DNA of 47,661 bases from Gammaproteobacteria bacterium (lineage in GTDB: Bacteria > Pseudomonadota > Gammaproteobacteria > Pseudomonadales > Pseudohongiellaceae): NCBI GenBank assembly GCA_002700775.1, contig PAEL01000017.1, forward strand, positions 1-47,661. Reading direction: 5' to 3'. The position numbers were made by a program, and so were the translations under genes. Position 1 is the stretch's first letter. Every line of letters begins with the position of its first letter. Shown piece after piece: positions 29,058-38,868 of this stretch. The notes beneath the pieces are model-generated. The model did not search any database. It saw only the letters and a list, made by a program, of their open reading frames with translations, and had not been told where the DNA came from.

Positions 29058-29073
29058 TTCGCATCGGCCCCTG

Positions 29074-29718
29074 CTACTTAAGCGTGAAATAGAAGGGAGA
29101 GGTTGCCCTCCAGCCATCTTCAAATTGTCTGATGAGCTCAGCATCCCCGAGGGTTATTCCAATATCATCCAAGCCATTCAACAAGCAGTGCTTCCTCGAA
29201 GCCTCAATCTCAAAGTTTATGGCTCCCCCGTCCGGCATTCTGATAACTTGTTCTTCTAAATCTACGGACAACTCAAACCCTGGAACTGCCTCAACCTCTG
29301 CAAAAAGAGATTCTATAATTTTACTATCTAAAACAATGGGTAAAAGACCATTTTTAAAGCAGTTATTGAAGAAAATATCTGCAAAGCTTGGCGCAAGTAT
29401 CACTCTAAACCCATAATCATCGAGGGCCCACGGCGCGTGCTCCCGGCTCGAGCCGCACCCGAAGTTTTCACGCGTCAACAAAATACGGGCATTTGCATAC
29501 CTCACCTTATTGAGCACAAAGTCTTCATTAATTGGCCGCTTACTGTTATCAGCATCAGGCTCACCTTTATCCAGGTAGCGATGCTCATCAAAAAGATTTA
29601 CTCCAAAACCGGTTCTTTTTATCGATTTTAAGAATTGTTTAGGAATAATAAAGTCTGTGTCAACATTTGCCCTATCGAGAGGCAAAACCAAACCTTTCAC
29701 TGCATCAAATTTTTTCAT
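29074..29718 (-). CDS. leuD: 3-isopropylmalate dehydratase small subunit
   Basis: 214 aa aconitase swivel domain with [15 protein letters not shown]. Confidence 0.95.
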   Translation of the reverse strand: MKKFDAVKGLVLPLDRANVDTDFIIPKQFLKSIKRTGFGVNLFDEHRYLDKGEPDADNSKRPINEDFVLNKVRYANARILLTRENFGCGSSREHAPWALDDYGFRVILAPSFADIFFNNCFKNGLLPIVLDSKIIESLFAEVEAVPGFELSVDLEEQVIRMPDGGAINFEIEASRKHCLLNGLDDIGITLGDAELIRQFEDGWRATSPFYFTLK

Positions 29719-29763
29719 TTCTACTTCCGTTTTGTATTAACTTCAATGCCTTATGAGGTATTT

Positions 29764-31182
29764 TTATAGAACACTCACGTCAATGAATCGCCCGTGGATA
29801 GCAGCAGCCGCAGCCATAGCAGGGCTGACCAAATGAGTCCGACCCCCAAAACCCTGTCTTCCCTCAAAATTTCGATTCGAAGTCGAGGCGCAGTGCTTCC
29901 CCGCACCAAGCTGATCGGCATTCATAGCTAAGCACATCGAACAGCCAGGCTCGCGCCATTCAAGCCCCGCCTCAATAAAGATCTTATCTAACCCTTCCTC
30001 CTCGGCCTTTTGTTTTACAAGCCCGGAACCCGGAACTACCATTGCCACTTCAACAGTCTCGGCCTTCTGCTTCCCTTTAACCACTGCTGCAGCTTCCCTC
30101 AAATCCTCAATGCGAGAGTTAGTGCAAGACCCAATAAATATGCAATCCAGCTTGATATCACCGATTGCCATGCCACTTTTTAAACCCATATAAGCTAACG
30201 CTTGTTCATAGTTCGCTTGTTTATTTTTTTCGACCTCCTCAGAAATGAAGGGTATTCGCCCATTTACTGAAGCAACCATCTCAGGCGACGTACCCCAGGT
30301 TACCTGAGGATCAATTTCTGCCGCATCCAGCTCGATAACACAATCAAAAATTGCACCGTCGTCACTCTTAAGCCCCCTCCATGCTGAGGCCGCTTTATCC
30401 CACAAGTCCCCTGATGGAGCAAACGGCCTACCTTTAATATAATCTAAAGTTTTCGTATCACACGCGACCAAGCCAGCCCTCGCACCAGCTTCTATCGCCA
30501 TGTTGCAGACGGTCATCCGACCCTCGATAGAAAGGCTTTCAATTGCTTCACCACCAAATTCAATCGTATACCCCGTCCCACCTGCCGTACCCAGCTCGCC
30601 AATTATCGCCAACACTATATCCTTCGCCGTGACACCTTTTTTCAATTGACCATCAACCCGAACAAGCATGTTTTTTGCTTTTCGTGCTATCAAGCACTGA
30701 GTTGCAAGCACGTGTTCGACTTCAGAAGTGCCAATCCCGTGGGCAAGAGCACCGAGAGCTCCGTGTGTTGAAGTGTGAGAATCGCCGCAAACTATAGTCA
30801 TCCCGGGCAAGGTCGCACCCTGCTCTGGTCCAACGACATGCACTATCCCTTGGCGAATGTCGTTCATGTCCATCTCAAGGATGCCAAATTCTTTACAATT
30901 CTCATCCAGAGTGGCTACCTGAATTTTTGAGACTGGATCCTTGATTCCCTCAAGCCCCTGACTTCGCTCGCTTTTCGTAGTCGGGATATTATGATCCGGT
31001 GTGGCAAAATTTGCATCCGCTCTCCAGGGCGTCCTGCCTGCTAACCGCAACCCTTCAAAAGCCTGAGGCGAAGTGACCTCATGTATTAGATGCCTATCGA
31101 TGTAAAGCAAGGCTGTTCCGTCATCTCGTTGAGAAACCAGATGACTATTCCAAAGTTTATCGTATAACGTTTTGTTACTCAT
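29764..31182 (-). CDS. leuC: 3-isopropylmalate dehydratase large subunit
   Basis: Motifs [39 protein letters not shown]. The start at 31182 ([11 protein letters not shown]) matches E. coli LeuC (MAKTLYEKLF). The longest ORF reaches 31197. Confidence 0.95.
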   Translation of the reverse strand: MSNKTLYDKLWNSHLVSQRDDGTALLYIDRHLIHEVTSPQAFEGLRLAGRTPWRADANFATPDHNIPTTKSERSQGLEGIKDPVSKIQVATLDENCKEFGILEMDMNDIRQGIVHVVGPEQGATLPGMTIVCGDSHTSTHGALGALAHGIGTSEVEHVLATQCLIARKAKNMLVRVDGQLKKGVTAKDIVLAIIGELGTAGGTGYTIEFGGEAIESLSIEGRMTVCNMAIEAGARAGLVACDTKTLDYIKGRPFAPSGDLWDKAASAWRGLKSDDGAIFDCVIELDAAEIDPQVTWGTSPEMVASVNGRIPFISEEVEKNKQANYEQALAYMGLKSGMAIGDIKLDCIFIGSCTNSRIEDLREAAAVVKGKQKAETVEVAMVVPGSGLVKQKAEEEGLDKIFIEAGLEWREPGCSMCLAMNADQLGAGKHCASTSNRNFEGRQGFGGRTHLVSPAMAAAAAIHGRFIDVSVL

Positions 31183-31234
31183 TCTAACTACCTTCAATAA
31201 TCAACTTCATTTATTACATACAATAGATTGATTT

Positions 31235-32296
31235 TTATGGTTTATTTTGCGCCCGATCTCGCAATAAGTGATCCATAAGAACAAGCGCAAGCATTGCCTC
31301 CGCGATAGGTGTTGCGCGAATTCCAACACAGGGATCATGCCTCCCCGTAGTGACAACATCTTGCTCTTCGCCATGAACATCTATTGATCGGCCAGGCAAT
31401 CTGATACTAGAGGTCGGTTTCAACGCAATACTCGCGAGAATATCTTGCCCGCTAGAAATACCACCGAGAATTCCCCCCGCGTTATTTGACAAAAACCCGC
31501 TTCTGCTCAACTCATCTCGGTGCTCGCTTCCTTTCTGTGCGATCGATTCAAACCCCGAGCCTATTTCAACGCCTTTTACCGCGTTAATGCTCATCAGAGC
31601 TTTTGCAATATCTGCATCCAATCTATCAAATACGGGCTCGCCTAAACCGACGGGTATATTTGATGCAATGACATTCACTCGAGCTCCGATTGAATCTCCT
31701 TGCTTGTTCAAGTCCGCCATATACTCTTCCATTTGAGCAACTTTTCCTGCATCGGGACAAAAGAAAGAATTGTTTTCGACTTCCTCCAAATCCACTTTTT
31801 CGACGACAATTGGTCCCAATTGTGACAAATAGCCTCTGACTTTAATCTGAAAATTCAGGTCTAAGTATTTCTTTGCGATTGCTCCAGCCGCCACCCGCAT
31901 CGCTGTTTCTCGAGCTGAAGACCTCCCTCCCCCACGATAATCACGGACACCATATTTTTTCCAATAAGTATAATCTGCATGGGCGGGTCGAAATTGATCC
32001 TTGATTTTGCTGTAGTCTTTTGTCCTTTGGTCGGTATTTTCAATCAGTAGACCAATTGGCGTACCAGTTGTTTTACCTTCAAAAACGCCAGAGAGGATTT
32101 TTACAACATCTCCCTCTCTTCTTTGAGTGGTAAAACGCGACTGGCCCGGCTTTCGCCTATCCAGATCATGCTGCATGTCCTCTGTTTCCAACGGCAAACC
32201 AGGCGGGCACCCATCAACAATACAACCCAAAGCAGGACCATGACTCTCGCCAAAGCTTGTAACTGTGAAATTTTTACCGAGCGTGTTTCCTGACAT
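31235..32296 (-). CDS. aroC: chorismate synthase
   Basis: 353 aa with motifs [29 protein letters not shown]. Confidence 0.95.
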   Translation of the reverse strand: MSGNTLGKNFTVTSFGESHGPALGCIVDGCPPGLPLETEDMQHDLDRRKPGQSRFTTQRREGDVVKILSGVFEGKTTGTPIGLLIENTDQRTKDYSKIKDQFRPAHADYTYWKKYGVRDYRGGGRSSARETAMRVAAGAIAKKYLDLNFQIKVRGYLSQLGPIVVEKVDLEEVENNSFFCPDAGKVAQMEEYMADLNKQGDSIGARVNVIASNIPVGLGEPVFDRLDADIAKALMSINAVKGVEIGSGFESIAQKGSEHRDELSRSGFLSNNAGGILGGISSGQDILASIALKPTSSIRLPGRSIDVHGEEQDVVTTGRHDPCVGIRATPIAEAMLALVLMDHLLRDRAQNKP

Positions 32297-32344
32297 GACT
32301 TTTTCCGGCTACATAACTGTTGCCTTTAATTATAGCCTGCTTCA

Positions 32345-33220
32345 TCAAACAAAGCGCGCCTTATACCGAGCAAGCTCGGTTTTTGTAATAGCTAGCACCC
32401 CCTCACCACCCATTCCTAATTCCAACCAAAGCAAGGGGATATCATATAAGCGCTCAGATAAGGCTCGGTGGCTATAGCCCACCTCTAAAATGAGCACTCC
32501 GTTATCTGTTAAAAACCCCTCCGCATTTTTTAAGATACTTATGGGCAGCGCCAACCCCCTATCTTCACTAATCAAACCGAGTTGAGGCTCATGATCATAT
32601 TCCATCGGGAGAGTGCCGTACTCCTCAGATGACACGTATGGTGGGTTAGTAAGGATCAAATCGAACTTATTTGTCACTTCCGTAAATAGATCCGAACGAT
32701 ATGTCTTTATCCTGCTATCCAACTCATGCAAGGTTACGTTTTCCTGACTGAGAGCTAGGGCTTCTTCAGAAACATCCACCATCTCCACTTTAGCGTGAGA
32801 ATATTCGATAGCGGCAGCGATACCTATACAACCACCCCCACAACAGAGATCGAGAATTTGCTCAGGAACAAAATCAAACACACCTGCAAACTCATTTTGA
32901 ATCAATTCAGCGATCGGAGATCGTGGAATTAACGCACGATCATCACAAATGAACTCTTTCCCAGCAAACCAAGCTCGACCAACAAGGTAGGCGACCGGCA
33001 CACGGTCTTTAATTCTAATCTGAACCAATGTATCAATCTGATCAATCTCAATTTCGGAGACAATCCGACACGCAGACTCTTTCGTGTTGAAATCAAGTTT
33101 AAGTTTCGCATAAACTAAGAATGTCGCCTCATCGTGCGCATTATCTGTTCCATGTCCATAGCTCAGAGGCTCGGCACTGAACTTTTCTGACACAATGTTA
33201 ACGTAATCGCAGACCCGCAT
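32345..33220 (-). CDS. prmB: ribosomal protein L3 N5-glutamine methyltransferase
   Basis: YGHGTDNAHDEA, VPVAYL, LIPRSPI, the SAM motif LDLCCGGGCIG and the catalytic TNPPYV align with E. coli PrmB, and the gene is adjacent to aroC as in E. coli. The start is uncertain. ATG 33220 avoids overlapping the divergent folE, whereas the longest ORF reaches 33316. Confidence 0.85.
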   Translation of the reverse strand: MRVCDYVNIVSEKFSAEPLSYGHGTDNAHDEATFLVYAKLKLDFNTKESACRIVSEIEIDQIDTLVQIRIKDRVPVAYLVGRAWFAGKEFICDDRALIPRSPIAELIQNEFAGVFDFVPEQILDLCCGGGCIGIAAAIEYSHAKVEMVDVSEEALALSQENVTLHELDSRIKTYRSDLFTEVTNKFDLILTNPPYVSSEEYGTLPMEYDHEPQLGLISEDRGLALPISILKNAEGFLTDNGVLILEVGYSHRALSERLYDIPLLWLELGMGGEGVLAITKTELARYKARFV

Positions 33221-33283
33221 CGAGAAACCTATATCTGTTATACTTTGACTGAGCCATTCTAACCGAAAACACTGGGATTTATT

Positions 33284-33826
33284 ATGAAAGATGCTTTTTA
33301 CACTATACTCGAGCAAATTGGTGAGGATCCAAACCGCCCGGGTTTAATTGACACGCCCAGCAGAGCAGCGAAAGCCATGCAGTACCTTACCCAAGGCTAT
33401 TCAATGAACATCGACGAGGTTATCAATGGTGCATTGTTCCCCTCAGACACAGACGAAATGGTTATTGTGAAGGATATAGAACTGTACTCAATGTGCGAGC
33501 ATCACCTACTTCCCTTCATAGGAAAGTGCCACGTTGCTTACCTTCCCAAGGGAAGAGTAATTGGCCTTTCAAAGATCGCGAGAATCGTCGATGTTTACGC
33601 CCGACGACTGCAGATTCAAGAGAATTTGACCAACGAAATTGCCAACTGCATTCTGACGCAGACCGAAGCCTCAGGCGCGGCGGTGATAATCGAAGCGAGG
33701 CACATGTGCATGATGATGCGAGGGGTACAAAAGCAAAATTCAGTGATGAAAACATCCTGCATGCTGGGGGCGTTTCGAAAGAGCCAAAACACAAGGAACG
33801 AATTTTTATCGCTTATTAGTCGCTAG
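33284..33826 (+). CDS. folE: GTP cyclohydrolase I (FolE type 1)
   Basis: 180 aa with motifs [36 protein letters not shown]. Confidence 0.95.
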   Translation: MKDAFYTILEQIGEDPNRPGLIDTPSRAAKAMQYLTQGYSMNIDEVINGALFPSDTDEMVIVKDIELYSMCEHHLLPFIGKCHVAYLPKGRVIGLSKIARIVDVYARRLQIQENLTNEIANCILTQTEASGAAVIIEARHMCMMMRGVQKQNSVMKTSCMLGAFRKSQNTRNEFLSLISR

Positions 33827-34734
33827 TTTCTCACGACCATTTCGACTCTGTTCTTACAAATCTTTCCGTAGCAGCTCGGCGCTAATGGCCCCACCCCCCG
33901 AGCAAATATTCGCTCAGGTTCCAATCCCAACGCGACCAACTCTAGTGCCAAAGCCTCGGCTCTTTTTGTTGACGCCAGCATCAACCCAGATTCAGACAAA
34001 TCCTCATCAGCGAGGTGAGCAACCAAGTATACAGAGACACTCGGGTTATCTCTGAGAAACTCGAATAGAGGCATTACATCAGCAGTTTCTGACAGCTCAT
34101 GAGAATTGGTAAACTGAATGTTAGGCAGAATAACGCTTCCTTGAGCCAACGCCTTCGAAAGCATTGAACGTCCATCCGATGGTGACGCTCCCTCGAGGTC
34201 TTTCACTGTCTCTATGTAAGCGTAGACCTTCTTATTTCCTCGCGTAATAATATATAACGAAACATAGTCATCTGAGGAACTTCCCCTCGCAGCAATATAA
34301 AATTGATTCATCACGGGTCCGTACAAGCTCCGCTTGCCAAAAATGTCATTAGCCCAATAGTTACTGCTACCACATGCCCTCCCCGAGCACTCAAACAAAA
34401 TTCTATGTTCATTAGAGACAATTTGCTCGCGATAAAACTCATAAACTTCTGATCCACTGAACTCCTGATCTATAGCATACGTTGCTTTAACCACGTCTCC
34501 TTGAAGCCTCCGCGAATCCTCAGGATTAACCTCCCCCCTCGTCCTCTGAAGGGTTCCAGTTACTAAATCATATGTTTGGTCTTCAAACACCTCAATCTCT
34601 ATAACTGTAGAGTAAGAAAAAGACTCCAACCAAATAGCTTCATCCAACCCCAAGTCTTCTGACCCTGCACCCAAAGGGACTGCTACCACCAAAAGCACCA
34701 AAGCTGACTGATAAAAAAGTCCCGAGTTACGCAA
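33823..34734 (-). CDS. secreted conserved hypothetical with degenerate C-terminal OmpA-like domain (DUF4892-like)
   Basis: Signal peptide ([14 protein letters not shown]), conserved-looking [12 protein letters not shown], and a C-terminus resembling OmpA_C ([33 protein letters not shown]...NRVEMVV). The usual GHTD is replaced by AHLAD. The family name is from memory and has not been searched. Confidence 0.5.
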   Translation of the reverse strand: MRNSGLFYQSALVLLVVAVPLGAGSEDLGLDEAIWLESFSYSTVIEIEVFEDQTYDLVTGTLQRTRGEVNPEDSRRLQGDVVKATYAIDQEFSGSEVYEFYREQIVSNEHRILFECSGRACGSSNYWANDIFGKRSLYGPVMNQFYIAARGSSSDDYVSLYIITRGNKKVYAYIETVKDLEGASPSDGRSMLSKALAQGSVILPNIQFTNSHELSETADVMPLFEFLRDNPSVSVYLVAHLADEDLSESGLMLASTKRAEALALELVALGLEPERIFARGVGPLAPSCYGKICKNRVEMVVRN

Positions 34735-34789
34735 AGCTACCTCTATTAATTATTCATGAAGAATTTATATTGTTTAATATGACATACCT

Positions 34790-35179
34790 CTAAGTCGATT
34801 CGGAATCTTCTTTAGGAGAGGGTTTTTTTTCTTCAGTATATTCGCTCATCTTCGAGAATGCCGCACTTTGGTCTTGCGTAAATGTAGGCTCAATATCTGG
34901 AAAGGGACTGAACGGAAACGGTTTAACATCGCTAATATAAGTAACGTAGTTTAAAATCTCTTGTAGGTACAGAAATACTCTAACACAAAGTTCCTTTAAG
35001 TTCGTATTAGGCTCATTTGTAACTACGCTGAATAATAACTGGGCAACCATTACAATAATCACCAAAGGAATTAGCACAATGTAAAGTAAAAATACAAAAC
35101 CTGCTATCAGCCCCAAGTGAATCCAATTAGACGGATTTAGAAGATTTTCTCCAATATTTTTAAGCGAACCTGACATCAC
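34790..35179 (-). CDS. small two-TM membrane protein (possibly DUF4389-like)
   Basis: 129 aa. Hydrophobic segments IHLGLIAGFVFLLYIVLIPLVIIVMVAQLL, then YVTYISDVKPFPFSPFPD. The family assignment is tentative. Confidence 0.45.
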   Translation of the reverse strand: MMSGSLKNIGENLLNPSNWIHLGLIAGFVFLLYIVLIPLVIIVMVAQLLFSVVTNEPNTNLKELCVRVFLYLQEILNYVTYISDVKPFPFSPFPDIEPTFTQDQSAAFSKMSEYTEEKKPSPKEDSEST

Positions 35180-35258
35180 TTTCTCCTTTCACAATGCTTG
35201 CTAAAAGTTAAACTAAACAAAACCGGACTGCATACTCGACATTCATCAATCAACATTA

Positions 35259-36287
35259 TTACAGCTCTTTTAACTTACTCGCCGCAAATTCAACATCCAT
35301 AGCGTGCTCTCCCGACATCAATGAGGGAATAATACTCTCAACAATTTCTCCGTTAAAAACAATGTGAAACAATCCCTCAGCCAAAGGCATATGAATATTA
35401 AGTTTTTCCGCACGTTCGAACACTACCTTTAAAGTATTGATACCCTCTACCACCTGCCCGACACTATCCTCAGCCTGCCTATAAGACAGCCCCCTCCCGA
35501 GAAGCGAGCCGAATCTATAGTTACGGCTCATCGGCGAGGAACATGTCACGACAAGATCACCAACCCCAGACAAACCCAAAAACGTCATCGGGTCAGCGCC
35601 AAGCTCACGACCGAACCTCGCCATTTCAGCGAGCCCTCGAGTCACAATAAGACTATTTGTATTGTGCCCCATCCCTAATTCAGAAGCGATTCCAGCAATA
35701 ACTGCATATATGTTTTTTAATGAACCTCCTAGCTCTACTCCATACATATCGTCATTGGCGTAAACACGGAAGAATTCCGATTTCAAAACGTCCATAACCA
35801 TGCTTCGGACGACTTTATCATCACTCGCTATAACTGTTCCCGAATATTGATTTCTTGCAATTTCTTTCGCAAGGTTCGGTCCACTCAGTACACCGACCCG
35901 GGCCCGCGGATCAATCTCGAGTAAAATCTGACTCATGAGCTGAAAACTTCTCTCCTCAATACCTTTTGTTGTACTAATAAGTGGCACATCAGGTGCCGCA
36001 AATTCAATGACCTCTTCGGCCACTGATCGAAAGGACGAACTAGGCACCGCCAAAAAAACAAGACCGGTATCAGAAACAGCATCGGCCATGCTCGAGGTGG
36101 CTAAGATTGACTTATTCAATTTATAGTCTGGCAGATAATAATTATTTAACTGATCGTTATTGATCTCTGATACCAGATCTTCGCTGCGTACCCATAGCTT
36201 AACGAGATACCCGTTATTAGCGATAATGTTCGCAATTACAGTTCCGAAGCTTCCACCACCTAGCACTGTTACAACTGATTTGGACAT
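35259..36287 (-). CDS. gpsA: NAD(P)H-dependent glycerol-3-phosphate dehydrogenase
   Basis: 342 aa with motifs VLGGGSFGT, GPNLAKE, LKNIYA, GLSGVGDLVVTC. Confidence 0.95.
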   Translation of the reverse strand: MSKSVVTVLGGGSFGTVIANIIANNGYLVKLWVRSEDLVSEINNDQLNNYYLPDYKLNKSILATSSMADAVSDTGLVFLAVPSSSFRSVAEEVIEFAAPDVPLISTTKGIEERSFQLMSQILLEIDPRARVGVLSGPNLAKEIARNQYSGTVIASDDKVVRSMVMDVLKSEFFRVYANDDMYGVELGGSLKNIYAVIAGIASELGMGHNTNSLIVTRGLAEMARFGRELGADPMTFLGLSGVGDLVVTCSSPMSRNYRFGSLLGRGLSYRQAEDSVGQVVEGINTLKVVFERAEKLNIHMPLAEGLFHIVFNGEIVESIIPSLMSGEHAMDVEFAASKLKEL

Positions 36288-36322
36288 ACGGATCTCCGCT
36301 TCATACAGGCACCAGTATTAAC

Positions 36323-37705
36323 TCAAAATACTCTATTTAAACCATCCAGCGCAGCTGTGCGATAAGCCTCTGCCATAGTCGGATAGTTAAAAGTCGTCTC
36401 AATGAAATACCTAATACTATTTTTTGGAGCAGGCTGCCCCATAATCGCTTGACCAATATGCACAATCTCTGAGGCCTGATCACCAAAACAATGAATACCC
36501 AGCAATTCCAAAGTTTCAAAATGAAAAATTAATTTCAACATCCCAACTTCCTCGCCAGTAATCTGAGCGCGAGCTGTATTTTTAAAAAAAGCCTTCCCTA
36601 CCTCGTAAGGAATTTTCTTCTCTGTCAACTTGGCTTCGGTTAAACCGATAGTTGATATTTCGGGAATTGTATAGATTCCGGTTGCAACCTCATCAACCAA
36701 TTTGCATTCTGATGGTGCAACAATAGCATTGCTAGCGGCTCGACCTTGGTCGTAAGCGGCCCCTGCTAGAGCAGGCCAGCCAATAACATCCCCAGCCGCA
36801 TAGATATTTTTCACTTGCGTCTGATAGCGTTTATTAATCCTGATTTGTCCCCGCTCATTCGGCTCGATTCCCAACGCCTCTAATCCCATTTTTTGGGTGT
36901 TTCCAGTCCGGCCATTTGCCCAAAGAACAATATCACTTTTAATTCTTTTGCCTGACCTCAGATAGGTGACGATATCATTTTCAGAGTATTCAACACGCTC
37001 ATACTCTTCATTGTGACGACTACGAACGCCCAAGTCTCGCAAGTGATAACTCAAGGCATCTGATATTTCATTATCTAAAAAACTAAGCAACGATGCTGAA
37101 GGATTAATCAACTCAACTTTCGCGCCCAACGCTCCAAAAATTGATGCGTATTCACAGCCAATTACACCCGCACCAATAATTGTAACCTTCTTAGGGGAAA
37201 AATTAAGTGACAGAATCGTATCGCTATCGAACATCAAAGGATGAGAGAAATCAATGTCAGGTGGCCGATAAGGTCTCGAGCCTGTAGCGATAACAAAGTT
37301 TTTAGCCGTTAGTTTTTTGCGCTTACCCACAAGACAAATCGTGTGCTTATCTAAAAATTTAGCACGCGCTTTATAAATCGGAATATTATTTCTGTCATAA
37401 AAGTCAGCTCTCATTCTTACCTGATCCTGGACAACTTTTTCGGTTTGCAGAAGGATTTGTTGAAAGTTTAATTTCCTAGCTTCACCGAAATTTCTAAACA
37501 ACGGATTAGTATTAAATTGCATTACCTGCTTCACCATATGTCGTAGCGATTTCGAAGGGATCGTCCCACGATGCGTACAATTACCTCCGACAAAATCGAG
37601 ATCATCAACGACGGCCACCTGCAAACCTTGTTTTTTGCTGTTCATCGCTGCAGCTTCACCGGCCGGCCCTGCTCCAATAATAATAATATCAAACTCTTTA
37701 TTCAT
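36323..37705 (-). CDS. sthA: soluble pyridine nucleotide transhydrogenase (Si-specific)
   Basis: 460 aa. [13 protein letters not shown] and [18 protein letters not shown] closely parallel E. coli SthA VGGGCTHWGTIPSKALRH. Second dinucleotide fold [12 protein letters not shown]. Confidence 0.9.
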   Translation of the reverse strand: MNKEFDIIIIGAGPAGEAAAMNSKKQGLQVAVVDDLDFVGGNCTHRGTIPSKSLRHMVKQVMQFNTNPLFRNFGEARKLNFQQILLQTEKVVQDQVRMRADFYDRNNIPIYKARAKFLDKHTICLVGKRKKLTAKNFVIATGSRPYRPPDIDFSHPLMFDSDTILSLNFSPKKVTIIGAGVIGCEYASIFGALGAKVELINPSASLLSFLDNEISDALSYHLRDLGVRSRHNEEYERVEYSENDIVTYLRSGKRIKSDIVLWANGRTGNTQKMGLEALGIEPNERGQIRINKRYQTQVKNIYAAGDVIGWPALAGAAYDQGRAASNAIVAPSECKLVDEVATGIYTIPEISTIGLTEAKLTEKKIPYEVGKAFFKNTARAQITGEEVGMLKLIFHFETLELLGIHCFGDQASEIVHIGQAIMGQPAPKNSIRYFIETTFNYPTMAEAYRTAALDGLNRVF

Positions 37706-37738
37706 ACCTTCTCACAAAATTTATACATATTTTAGTCT

Positions 37739-38824
37739 TCAATTAACTAGGTACTCTTTAAACTGAGGAGTGTATGTTTGATAAAACTCCCCTTTAACAT
37801 CATCATGACTTATGAAATATGAAGCCGTGTTGCTGGTTGTGGCATGCTCAACCGCGGCCTCCAAACCCATAACCAAATAAGCCGTAGCTAGAGCGTCAGC
37901 CATTGAAGCTTCCTCGTTTATTACAAATACTGCTGCGAGCCCGTGAGTGATAGGCCGTCCATTTCGCGGATCTATCTCGTGCGAGTACCGCACCCCATTT
38001 TCCTCAAAAAAATTTCGGTAATCCCCACTGCCAGCTATCGCGATAGTGCGCCCAAGACTATCCAAATGAGCGTATGCTTCGCCCTTATTGCTGATTGGCA
38101 TTTCAAGCGCAGGCATCCAATTAATTTTACCCGTTTTGAAGCCTCTCATCTTTAGCTCTCCTCCAATCTCAACAAAATGGTTCTCAAACCCAGAATCAAC
38201 AAGCAAGTCCGAAATCTTATCCACCGCATAACCTTTTGCAATTCCACTTACATCCAATTCAATACTTTTAGTTTTTGAAATCACATTTAGACTCGAATCA
38301 ATTACCAAATTCTCCATTCCTAGTCGTGCCATCGACCTCTCTATTGATGAGGAGCTTGGAACAGAGCCCTCCTTCGGTGGCTCGGGACCAAACCCCCACA
38401 ACCGAACAAGAGGTCCCACAGTTACATCAAATGCTCCATCGGTTTCTACAAATACTTTTTGAGCTAAAGAGAGCACCTCTAATTGCTCTGCTGAGGCAAC
38501 AAATGGCTTCCCAACAACCGCCCGATTAAATTGGGAAAGCTCAGAGGTCAAGACATAAGTAGAAAAAATTTCTCGATCCAACCGGTACAAAACTTCAGCG
38601 ACTTTATCTTTAACAGAGGCGATTTCGTAATCGGAGAAATTTCCACTAATCGTCACAGAATACGATGTGCCCATCGTCAAGCCATCAAATTTAACAAGAG
38701 AGACATCTTCAAGAAAGGAAAAAAAAACTACCCAAGCGACAATAAAACTTGTAAAAGCTAATGAGTAAATTAGTCTCATATAAATGGTAAAAATTGTAAG
38801 GCCTAAACCCGACAACTTCGTCAT
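37739..38824 (-). CDS. apbE: FAD:protein FMN transferase (ApbE family)
   Basis: N-terminal transmembrane anchor. Motifs GTSYSVT, FDVTVGPL, SGIAKGYAVD, AIAGSGDY, HEIDPRNGRP, ADALATA. Confidence 0.9.
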   Translation of the reverse strand: MTKLSGLGLTIFTIYMRLIYSLAFTSFIVAWVVFFSFLEDVSLVKFDGLTMGTSYSVTISGNFSDYEIASVKDKVAEVLYRLDREIFSTYVLTSELSQFNRAVVGKPFVASAEQLEVLSLAQKVFVETDGAFDVTVGPLVRLWGFGPEPPKEGSVPSSSSIERSMARLGMENLVIDSSLNVISKTKSIELDVSGIAKGYAVDKISDLLVDSGFENHFVEIGGELKMRGFKTGKINWMPALEMPISNKGEAYAHLDSLGRTIAIAGSGDYRNFFEENGVRYSHEIDPRNGRPITHGLAAVFVINEEASMADALATAYLVMGLEAAVEHATTSNTASYFISHDDVKGEFYQTYTPQFKEYLVN

Positions 38825-38868
38825 CCCTGCCTGTTAAGCCATAAAAAAGTGTAATATCAGATTGACGG

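Noticed and set aside
29058-29144. 29-codon N-terminal extension of asd overlapping leuD
   Set aside because: The Rossmann motif starts right after the internal Met (MDVFNVAIVGATGAVG). The extension would overlap leuD by 71 nt.
33221-33316. 32-codon N-terminal extension of prmB overlapping the divergent folE start
   Set aside because: Head-to-head overlap of two coding starts is unlikely, and homology to E. coli PrmB begins close to the internal Met. The exact start remains uncertain, and a non-ATG codon slightly upstream is possible.
33493-33819. 108-aa (+) and 92-aa (-) ORFs inside folE
   Set aside because: They are alternative-frame or antisense ORFs within a gene that has unambiguous GTP cyclohydrolase I motifs, and they have Arg/Ser-rich junk composition.
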